A stretch of 64,000 bases of DNA from Nemertoderma westbladi (taxonomy: Eukaryota; Animalia; Xenacoelomorpha), in NCBI GenBank assembly GCA_032718475.1, contig JAUCBJ010000168.1, positions 1 to 64,000 on the forward strand, given 5' to 3'. A program made the translations under genes and the position numbers. Below, one piece after another: positions 23,621-34,400 of this stretch; position 1 is the first letter of the stretch, and each line of letters begins with the position of its first letter. The notes under the pieces were generated by a model, which made no database searches, was not told where the DNA came from, and was given only the letters and a program-made list of their open reading frames with translations.

Positions 23621-25516
23621 CACGTAGTAAGAAAGTAAAGACTATGTAGGCATAGTATAGTAGTAGTAGGGTACAGAATAAGAAATAAGTAGCAAGGTAG
23701 ATAGGATGATAGCATAGACAGGGGTAAGACTAGAAAAAAATTGGCACTTTGGGAGTGGTAGAGAACACAGGACATTGTGGAGCAGTGGGGATGGGCCAGC
23801 TCATGGGCCTTGTCTGCCACAAGCCGATGGACTGGGGCAAGTTCCGGGGGGAGCACGGAGCGGGCATGGGACATTGCGAAGCAGTGGCGATGGGGCCAGC
23901 TCATGAGGCTTGTCTTCCACAAGCCGATAGACTGGGTTAAGTCCCGAGAGGAGTATGAGAGCAGTACGAGGGAAGTATGGAGAGGAGGTGTTGGCGCGTG
24001 AGAATGTAGATAGGTGTAATTCAAATGTGGGGAGCGAGCAGAGTGGAGTTAGAGTGAGTTCAGAGTTGAGTTAGAGTGAGTTCAGAGTGGAGTTAGAGTG
24101 AGTTCAGAGTGAGGAAGTTTTTAAAATTGTGTGAAGAGTCCACAATTGTCTCGAACAGAGACGTCAGATGTCTTGGTGCAACATAGGTTGCGATTGCACC
24201 AAGAAGGGGTAGCAATATCATACCCAGAGGGAGCGGCCTGGAAAGCCGACTCCGAGAAAAGAACTCCACCCCACACCCGATAGTAGATCGGGTTCCAGCG
24301 GAATTGAAGCGCACTTGAGGTTGATGCTATCTTCTCACCGGGAAGATAGCATGGGGGGGAGTGTAAGCGGATTCAATTCCACCTCATTACCCACCAATAA
24401 ATGGGATAGTGGCATTTTCAGCAATATGTTGGAGATACAAGATTAGCAATATTAATCTCATATCACAACCAACATTTGGGGAAGGGGGGGGGGGGGGGGC
24501 AACACAAGCCCCGAAGCCACACACAAAGGAAGGTTAGAGGTCAAACCACCTCGGAAGGGACACAGCTAGTAGAGGCTAGCAGCAGAAGGGAAACACTCCC
24601 AGAGAGAGAAAGGGCGACACGTAGAGTATTAGCCAATGAGGGCAAAGGAGAGCATCCATTAGGTAGCAGGCCAAGGTAGCGTAGGAGTGAAGTAATATTG
24701 GTATATCAATCATATATTATCTCCTGCTACCGGTTTGTGAATCAGTTTAGTTAGTTACCCAGTTTCAGTGCAGACGGGTAATATTGTTTTACCGTCATCG
24801 TCACCATCAACAACATTGGCTGTATTTTAATCTATTACCGGTACCAAGCGATATTGTCATCTGCTATCATATTAACATCATATTAACTGTGCTATCGCTA
24901 TTATATTAGACCGCCAAGGAACAACGTTAACTCTGAACGCGTTTCTCCAACGGCCTCGGCCAAGCAATCAGTGACACCACCCCAGCCTGCGGTGACGCGT
25001 ACAAAACAACCTACAAGGTCGGGATCTCTGATCCCGTCACATTGTGGCAGACAAGCCCCATGAGCTGGCCCATCGCCACTGCTCCACAATGTCCTGTGCC
25101 CGCTCTGTACTCCTCCCGGAACTTGTCCCAGTCCATCGGCTTGTGGCAGACAGGGGCCATGAGCTGGCCCATCCCCACTGCTCCACAATGTCCTGTTCTC
25201 TACCACCCCAAAGTGCCAATTTTCTTTTAGTCTTATTTTAATTTTTTCTATGTTCCCCCTGTCTGTGCTATTATCCTATCTACCTTCCTACTTCCTTCTT
25301 ACTATGTGCCCTACTACTACTATACTATGCCTACATTCCCTTTACTTTCTTACTACGTGATGCTCTCGGTGCCCACAACTTCTAACTTCTATGGTATATG
25401 TACCCTAATACTGCTACTATGGTATATTGTGCTTTCTAGTGTTCTAGATATTCTGTTACGTATATAGGTATACCATACTCTTTACTATCTTACTACTAAC
25501 TTTTACTAACTCTACT

Positions 25517-27765
25517 TGATGAATTATTTCACTATAAGGTAGCATTTGTAGTTTAACTTTAACGTAAAAACTTTCGAAATCCGACGCATTTTGATTAAGT
25601 TACAGTAATGTAATATGCCTATTCATATTTGTACACATAAAACCCTTAGGTACTCTCGTGGCGTAGTGGTCAGATGGTTAAGGCGTTGGTTACATTACAT
25701 AGGTTACGAGTTCGAATCCCAGTCGGGAAATTTGTATTTTGGGACCATTTATTTTCGTTTGGTGCTAATTGGTAGGCCAATGAGAAGTGTACAACGTAGC
25801 GAATGATGAGCCAGGCCAATCATAGGGCATAAATTATCTTATTGCTCAAATGTGAGGCAGTGGAAAATTCTGTTAGGATTCCATGTCCCAGATTAGTGTA
25901 AGGGCCGGACTGCGTTGAACGATGAGCTGGGCCAATCATAGGGCACGAAGCACTTTATTGCTCAAATGTGAAGCGTTGGAAAATTCTGTTTAGTTTCCAT
26001 GTGCGATATTTAGTATAAAAAGGCCGGTTTGCCTTCGGTTATCACTTACCCTTGCCCTTATACCCCTTATAATTCCTTATAACGTTATTAACACTCTTAT
26101 TCTTGTAAAAATTAGTTTATTCGGTTTCTTGTTGAAACTTTATTTGATAAATCCCTTTGTAAAACTGTAAATATACTGCAAATTCCTGAACATGTTTTCT
26201 TTTGGTCCAACTTTGGGACAGCCAAACATCAGGGAGATGGCAGCCTAGACCGTTAGGCCGTAAGCAACGCAGGGAAGAGATGTCCACAACACGCTAGCGC
26301 CCACATTGGATTGACCGCGCACCCCCTTTGCCCCTTCGAAATGCTCAACTTGCCATGCAGCGCCTGCTTTGTGAGAAGGTAAGACTTTGTTCGACGCCCT
26401 TGCCCGCCGTAAGACCTATAGATCAGGGTAAGCGTGACACCGTACTGGACGCCGCAAATTTAGGATCAAATAATTATATCCAGACAACACCCCCCCTTTG
26501 TCAGTCCTACGAACCCCTGGGTTAACCTGTACTTCCTACAGGTGCGAACTATTGCCATTCGTCAGTACGCGAGTACATATTAGGTACGGACAGCATATGT
26601 TCCATAATTTAGTGATTTGTAGCACTGACTGTTTGGTACCGGTTCGCTTTGTAGAACGTACATTAGTACCCCCCCCCCCCCTGTCTGGAGTTAGCTATTT
26701 GATCAGGCAAGGAGTATTTCTGCTACCGGCACACTGCTTGGCCTAGGGAGGTTTATTAATATCCTACCGCGCCTTGCCACGTACTGATAGGTATTGCTGC
26801 TAACTACCGCAGCAACAAAGTTCTAGAATAAAATTAGTATACCAGATCAGCTAACGTACGGTAGCAATTAACCCCTATTTCTTATCTTACAACCAGAATC
26901 TGGTATTAGTGCCGATCACGGGTGTAGTTACTAACACTGTGGTTGCCCATTGGGTTGTGGATAGGAAGGAGAGAGCTTTGACGTCATTTGTGAGTATAAA
27001 GTTCTACAAACGCGACTAGTTTATTTTAGTAGCTAGCGCACGGTATCATTTCGGTCAGAAAATCGCTAAAACCTAGTAAAAGGAATTACACAAAATTGTT
27101 TTATTTGTAACACACCCACACACACACGCCCTAAAACATATTGCCCTTAGAGTTCTACTAGCTATAGCGTACTATATATTATTTTAGGTAGAAATTATCT
27201 GTATTTGTAAAATTAGGATCTGATTTGATTGCGGCAAGATAGAGTATTTCACTTTCGTTACATTTAGGCTTGACCCTTTAGACTGATTTCGTACAGGGGG
27301 ATCAGTTATCGTTACATTTAGACACGACTTTAGGCTGATTTAGACAGGGGTAATCAGCATTGTTACACTAGGTCTGTTAACCACCTAGTTCGTATATAAA
27401 CCATATAAATCACACCGCGGCAAGTTACTGTATTTAGGACTGTCAGCGATAGTTAGGATTCGCTGCGCGGGGATTGTTTTCCCGTGAGTTTGTTCTGTTA
27501 CTGTAACTGTACATCTGCCTCACCGGTTAGAGGACAGGTATCCTTTTGTCTAGTACGTAGGCATTAGACCCGCTCACGTACATAGAATAGATACTAGGCT
27601 CTGTTCCTCGCCAGTAGTCGTTTGTGTATTGTATCTGTTTATTTAGATATCCTGGACTGGGATTTGTTGTCAGATACTGTACGAGCCCGTATACATTACT
27701 AGAGTCTCATAGTAAGATACATCGTTACTAGGATCTGGTAAGCGGTATACTACTGGACCCTTACA
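25517..27765 (+). repeat. 5' LTR of element C
   Basis: Direct repeat of 39151-41399. Contains a duplicated ~117-bp CCAAT-containing unit (25800-26030) and TATAAAA near 26015. Confidence 0.95.
25652..25728 (+). other. tRNA-derived / Pol III type-2 promoter-like segment in the U3 region of the C LTR (also 39286-39362)
   Basis: A-box-like TGGCGTAGTGG (25659-25669) and B-box-like GTTCGAATCC (25710-25719), with T-runs downstream. The cloverleaf is degenerate, so this is not a functional tRNA call. Confidence 0.55.
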
Positions 27766-27776
27766 GTAGGAAGTAT
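27766..27776 (+). promoter_or_regulatory. Non-tRNA primer-binding site of element C (GTAGGAAGTAT)
   Basis: Follows the LTR CA end. Complementary to LTR positions 26529-26539 (10 Watson-Crick pairs plus 1 G-U). Confidence 0.65.
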
Positions 27777-28476
27777 ATTATATAAATTCTGAAATTAGTG
27801 TATAGTATTATTTCGATCTGTTAGCTATTGTAAGTAGGAGATATTTAAAATTTAAGGTTAGTAAATTTAGTAATTTAGAACATCCCCTGCTTCAGTAGGC
27901 TTTTAGGGTAGCTAGTACTTTCGTATTTAACGTAAGCGTAGAAGTAAAACTCTCACCTTCGACCTTTTCAGGACTCAAGGACTCATTTCTGGACCGCTTC
28001 GAGGATTAGACCGCTTTTCGCAAAGTTTGGGAGACAATAAATTCGTCCGCGCCGCCGAAAAACGGAAAGACCCACGTCTGGTTTGTATTTGGGAATTTGT
28101 ACGACTGGAAGATCAAAGGAACGTAAGTTTTACGACTCGCGTCGTTCAAACTTAAGAAAGCACAGTAGTACTCAAAATTTGTGGGTTTCACTGTCTATTA
28201 GTAGTGTTGTTGGTACTTATTTTCCCGTTAGACGTTGCTGTTTAGCCTATTATTTGTACTTGTTGATCTATATTTTGTTAACATATACCGTTATCTCATT
28301 TATTCGTACAAATTTAGCCGGTAGGCTAGATTACTACTTATTTTATTATATACCTTGTTAGTTTTATTTGTACCGGTTAGGGTATATATATACTATATAT
28401 ACCAAGGTAAGTTTGACACTTCAACATTCAGACACTTTGACATTTTATTACCCGTACTTGACGTATATAATAAGAC

Positions 28477-31400
28477 ATGAGTGACACACCCCATTCGACG
28501 AGATACCCACCTACCGACTATGACTCGTGCGACCCGGACAGATCGACAGTAGACGAACCGAGAAGGAGAACCCGAGATTCCGCCGATGTCACACCGCTTG
28601 CGTCGCCGGTACCCCGAACGGAAATACCGGAAGCCGCAATGCGTGGCGATGGCAGAATCGAAGATTTCCTTACCGTCCCGCAGACTAGATCACGGGAACC
28701 GGACATGGTAAGTTCGACTGGAAGCCAGGAGAACGTTATTAGAAGTATAGGAGGACACATGGCCCAGATTACTCGGAACCTCGGAGAAGGTTTTCGCGTT
28801 TTACGCGAGTTGACCGCCCCGATGTCGAGATACGAGTTCTACACCTTACAGGTAAGGATAGAAAGTAGGGTACATGCCTCCGTAGATAAACTTAGAGGTT
28901 TACACGAACTTGCGGAGTTGCGTGGCGACAACTTTACTCAGGTAAAGATAATAGACAAGTTAGTAAGTGCGAGAGAAAGCATTACCCAGTTTAAGTCAGT
29001 AATAAGATTGGCTCAACAGGAGCAGTTTGACCAACTGCTAGGTGAGTCAGTTTCGGACGCGTTGTTACAACCCGAAGAGGAAGAAGAACTCTACTGCCTG
29101 GACGGAAGGTTGGAAACGCTGACCAATTTTCTTCGTAGATGCGGCGTACCGATCGATGAACCGGAAGTCGAACCGCGAGGGACGACGGAAGTTCTCACTA
29201 CGGAAGGCTCGCGAGCCTACCAACATCCACCACTGGATAGATCGTTCGTTAGCGTACGGAGCAACGTTGGCGACGTTAGTAGAACAGCGTCTGTAATTAC
29301 TCGACAACAACAGGAGGTTGCACGCCGACAACAAGTCGCCGAGGAAGAAGCGCAACACCAGATGGCACAGATCGCCATCGAAGGAGAGAGACAACATAGA
29401 GAGGACGAGGCAAGAATTGCGCAACTCAAGGCGCAAGCCGAATTCGAAGCTTCGGAAATGCGCAGACTGGAGGAGGACTTAGCGCGAGAAGCGGCAGCCG
29501 ACGAGTTAGCACGACAGGCGGCAGCTGACGTGTTAGCACGACAGGCGGCAGCTGACGAGTTAGCACGGAAGAAAGCAGCATCCAACGCGCGTGCCAAGTT
29601 GGAGGCGCGACAAATAAACGCTCGATTAGCTATACAGGAAGCGGAGTTAGCGGCACAACAACAGGATGCAGATCGACGTGAAAGAGAGATGCAGCTCCAG
29701 TTCGAACTAAATCGTAGATCGCGCGAGACAGCGAACGCGCAAGCGGACCTCGAACTCGACGCGAGAGATAGATCTATAAGATCGCGAACTGGACACGACT
29801 TGTCTGCCCTGGATCGTATGGAAGCTCGATATCGCGGAATACAGAAGCGGATCGAGGAAGGAAGTGTGGGAGCGATAGATCGAGGAGAGGAGTTCGTCGA
29901 GGATTACTGTAAACGTTTTCCCCAAGTTATTCCTATGCTCAAACCCACGACTCCGATAAAACCGGTCTTTGTTACGAAACCTAAGGAAATAACGCCTGTG
30001 CGTTCGACGCAAGGCAACAGGTTTGTTGTGACGGAAATACCGCAACCTAGAGCGACTTCGTCGCCAATTTTAGCAGGTAACATAACTAGTCCACCTACAG
30101 TAAGTCGTAGTCTACTCGTAGGAAGAGAGGAACCTGCGTTTATGACCATTAAACAGGTGAGTAAACCATTACAAGTTAAACCTGTGACGTGCTGTGCAAA
30201 TCCAGTTATTTACAGACTGACTACGAAACCCGACTATTTCACTCGACCGTTGACACAATGTTCGACGCAACCTACGACTTCATGGAAGGCTTGCGAGCCT
30301 ACCGAACTACGGAGGAGGATGGATGTGGGTAGTACCCACGGGATCGGACAACGTATAGCGAGACCTACGACTTCGTGGAAGGCTTGCGAGCCTACCGAAC
30401 TACGGAGAGCCGTAGATTCCGGACCACCACGGACGAGATCTAGAATAATACGCCGGACACGAACCCGCCAGCCACCTTATCCGGACGACAGCGACTCATC
30501 TAGCGACTCGGAGTCGACGGAACGGGAAATATTCCGTACTGGAGCGGCGGAAGATTACAAACGAGAGGAGAGGTCGACGAATCCCTACATCGACAATCCA
30601 CCTCGAGAAACACCCCAACAGAAACCCACGTTGCAACCAGCGGAAGCGATCAGCACCAACAGACTCGCCGAAATAATGCGACCTGTAGCGGACCGACTAG
30701 CTCAGATAGAAGAGCGACTCGAAGCGCAACCGTCGGATCGATCACGAACCAGCGTGGAGTTGGAACAACCTAGACAACATCGACCACCGAGGAGAGAACA
30801 GGAGACTAGACGGACTCCGACACATCGAGAAGAAGATCCCGTTAATAATTCCTACCGACGAACGACGCGCGGAAGGGAGCGACTGGACGACGCCACCGAA
30901 CAGGGACGCGGACAGTTGGACTTAGTTAACGAGATTGCGAAATTCGCGGCTAGACACGGATTACCGGCACAGCAACCGCCGAAGTTCTCTGGCAACGCGA
31001 AACACTGGCGCACACTGGTAGACTACGTAGAGTCCCAGATCGCTAAGTGTGCTTTCACCTCGACGGAGAAGTTTAATTACTTGCTCCAAGTTCTGTCTGG
31101 TGAGCCGAAACGATTAGCGGAAACCTTTATCGGTGTTCACGATGCCTTTGAGTTGGCATACGACCGTTTGTATTCGATTTACGGCGGTAACGTAGCCATG
31201 GCTAAATCCATCATTGAAGACCTCTGCAGAGGAGGCAACATTTCGAAACCGATCGACCTTTTACGACTCGCGGACGAAATCAAGAACGCTATAGGAACTT
31301 TACGATCCATTGGACAACTCGAGTACGCTAACGCACCGACAGTTCTCATTCGAATAATCGGTCGACTTCACCATCGACTACGAAGAGAATGGCGACGCAT

Positions 31401-34400
31401 CGAGTACCAGCGCGAAGAGGCCGGAGGGTTATTAAAACTCACCGATATCTATCAACTGATTTCACGGGAGGCCGTGATCGAGACTCGATCAAACTATACC
31501 GATCACCATATCGCGGCGGAAGGGATAGCTATTTCTGCGCCGAATCGGACTAAACCACTTCCGACGAACGCGAAAGCCGTTACTTACGCCACCCCTACTG
31601 AGACTTCTAAAGTTCTGACGCCTATCGGCACCACGCAGCCACGACAACAGTTGCCGGCAGACTTTGTGGGATGCTCATACTGCGAGCGGAACGGCAGAAA
31701 CCATAGCGGACATAAACTACGTGGATGTCGCGCTTTTAAAGAGTTAGGGATCGAGGAGAGGAGACTCCAAATCCGATCTCTAGATTCCTGTTGGAGATGT
31801 ATGAAGCCAGGACACGTCCGGAAGGATTGCCCGAGCGACGATACATGTTCTCTGTGTGGACGTAACCATGACGCGTTGCTTCACACAACTAGTCATACTC
31901 CGACCAGATGCTTTCGACAAGAGCATCCAGATAAAGCGGCTAGATGCTACGCGCTTTATAAGGAGCGTGCGCCGCACGAGATCCGTACCTTTTATACCGA
32001 CTGTATGGATCAGTCAGGATCATCGGACGAGGACGAGGAGGAAGACGACACTTTCTACATGCATGCAGGTGAGGAACAGCCTTCAATAACGCTCCTCACA
32101 CAGAACCAACTGAAAGGGTTTAGCGTGATTCCTATAAAGATTACCGGAACCCGAGGGAGCAAGCGTATATACGCCATCTTAGACTCTGCGTCATCGCATA
32201 GCTATGTCGACGAACAAGTAGCCGACGTAGTTACGGACATGAGTCAAGGTAAGACTGCTCAGTATACTGTAAGCAGCATGCATGGTAAGAGAGCGATTCC
32301 TGTGACGAGAGTAAAACTAACTTTAGACACTCTTCTTTCCAAAGCGGAACACAGCAAGGAGGAGCGCTCATTACTTCCGGTAAGAAATTTGACCTTTGCA
32401 GCTACGAAGGACTTTAGTAACTTGCTCGGCCCTGTGCCAGAGCAATCGCCGGAAGATCGTAAGTATTTCCGACACCTTGGAATACCGGAATGTCCTGTTA
32501 ACTATCGTTCCATTGCGATGTTAATTGGGACAGACCAGTTTAACTTACATCAGGTATGGGAGACACACCCATCTGTTATTACAGCGGGCAACCCCTACGC
32601 ATGTAGAACTCCCATAGGTTGGTATACTAGAGCACCAATACGTTCACTAGAGGTAAGTGACCAGGAGGACGACGTTTTGAGTACGTGTAGTTTATTGACT
32701 AACACGATAGATAATTCTCCTTCACACTCCTGTGGTCCAATTGTACGGACGACACTACGACAGACTTGCGTCACTAACGCAGACGCCACCGATACTGACG
32801 TAACCGATCTGGACATGACCATACGGACCTCTGACTTACAACTACTTGCAGTAGACCAGGTTGTATTGACTACCGAAGACCAAAGGGTTGTTGCCGTGGA
32901 TGACTCGATGAACGAGGATTTTGGAAGGCTTGCGAGCCTACCGAAAAATCCGAAGGTCATTGACCCCACCCACCAGGCTTCGACACCGGTCGTTGATCTT
33001 GGAAGGCTTGCGAGCCTACCGACAGATCAAAAGGTTGTCAAACCGCCGCACGACGATTCGACGCCGACTAGTGACACCGGAAGGCTTGCGAGCCTACCAG
33101 ACACATTGACACTAGCCACCGCAGCGGACGAAGACGTGGACGAGGACCATGGCGCAGTGCAAGCAGCGCTTGATCGACTGCTGACTGAACGGACCATACA
33201 ATGGTTGGAACAGGACTCAGCAGAACCCGGTAGTTACGAGACCGCTATGTCAGAACAGGAAAAACGGTCATTAAATATTATGAGAGATACCATTCGCCAG
33301 ACCGCGAATGGCCACTATGAGGTTGGTATGTTGTGGCGCAATGGACAACCTAAGCTCGTTAACAATTACCCGCTTGCTTTGAGGCGACTCAAATCAATAA
33401 GGCAGCGATTGTTGCGAGACGAGACGGCCCATATGCAATACAATGCACAACTTCAGACGTATCTCCAAAAGGGATACGCCATTAGGATGTTAAATCCCGA
33501 GGTAACCACAGACCAGACATATTACCTGCCACATCATTTTGTTCGACACCCGGACAAACCTGGCAAGGTGCGTGTAGTCAACGACTGCGCTGCGCTTTAC
33601 CAAGGGATGTCTATGAACAGCGAACTGATGGACGGGCCGAATATGAATAATTACCTCATGGGAGTCCTAATGCGTTTTAGACAACGCAAAGTGGCTTTCA
33701 CCTGTGACGTAGAGGCCATGTTTCACCAGGTTAAGGCTTTGGAGCGGGACAGGGACAGTTTGAGGTTTCTTTGGTATCCGGACGGAAACTTACAACTTCC
33801 ACCAGAAACTTACCAAATGCAGGTAAGAGTTTTCGGAGCCAGGGACAGCCCCAACTGCACCATGTACGCATTAAACCAGACCGCATTGGACAGACGAGAC
33901 CAATTTGACCCAGAAGTAGTTCGGACCGTGGAACGAGATTTCTACGTGGATGACGGCCTCAAGAGTTGTGACACCTTGGAGCGCGCTACAACCGTAGCAC
34001 ACCAACTCCAGGATTGTCTCGCTGAGGGCGGATTTCACCTGACGAAGTTCGCTTCCAACGAACCCGAACTGGTGAACTCATTTGACCCGACGGATCGCAG
34101 TGGAGGTGACTTAGACTTAGACTTAGAACCTCTGCCGACGACCAAAGTATTAGGACTTAGTTGGGACCCTAACACCGACAATTTTAGGGTACGTGTAAGG
34201 TCCAACGATCAGACTAGACCTCTCACTAAGAGGACTTGCTTATCGACCATGAGTCGATTGTATGACCCATTGTGTTTCATTAGTCCAGTGATCCTACATG
34301 CTAGGATCATACTCCGCAGCATTTGGCAAGCCGGACTGGAATGGGACGATCCCATCCCAGAAAAGTTAGCTGAGCGATGGAGGGACTGGGAAGCCCAACT

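Larger units (their letters stand above)
18211..25041 (+). mobile_element. BEL/Pao non-autonomous element B (gag-protease only), inserted antisense into its relative A
   Basis: LTRs at 18211-18889 and 24362-25041. TSD TTGTG at 18206-18210 and 25042-25046. PPT at 24353-24361. The LTR is clearly homologous to the A LTR (TGTAAGCGGATTCAATTCCAC...). Confidence 0.9.

Noticed and set aside
25652-25728. Functional tRNA gene
   Set aside because: The acceptor, anticodon and T stems do not pair properly, so it is kept only as a tRNA-like promoter segment.
25800-25960. GATGAG...GAA segments in the C LTR resembling hammerhead cores
   Set aside because: They lack CTGA and GAAA with proper stems, and are better explained as duplicated CCAAT promoter units.
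26521-26543. The PBS-complementary site in C looks like a 3' splice site (TTAAC...TTCCTACAG|G), suggesting an intron-end primer
   Set aside because: The terminal AG would mispair at the LTR edge, and the equivalent sites in A and B do not end in AG, so it is not a shared mechanism.
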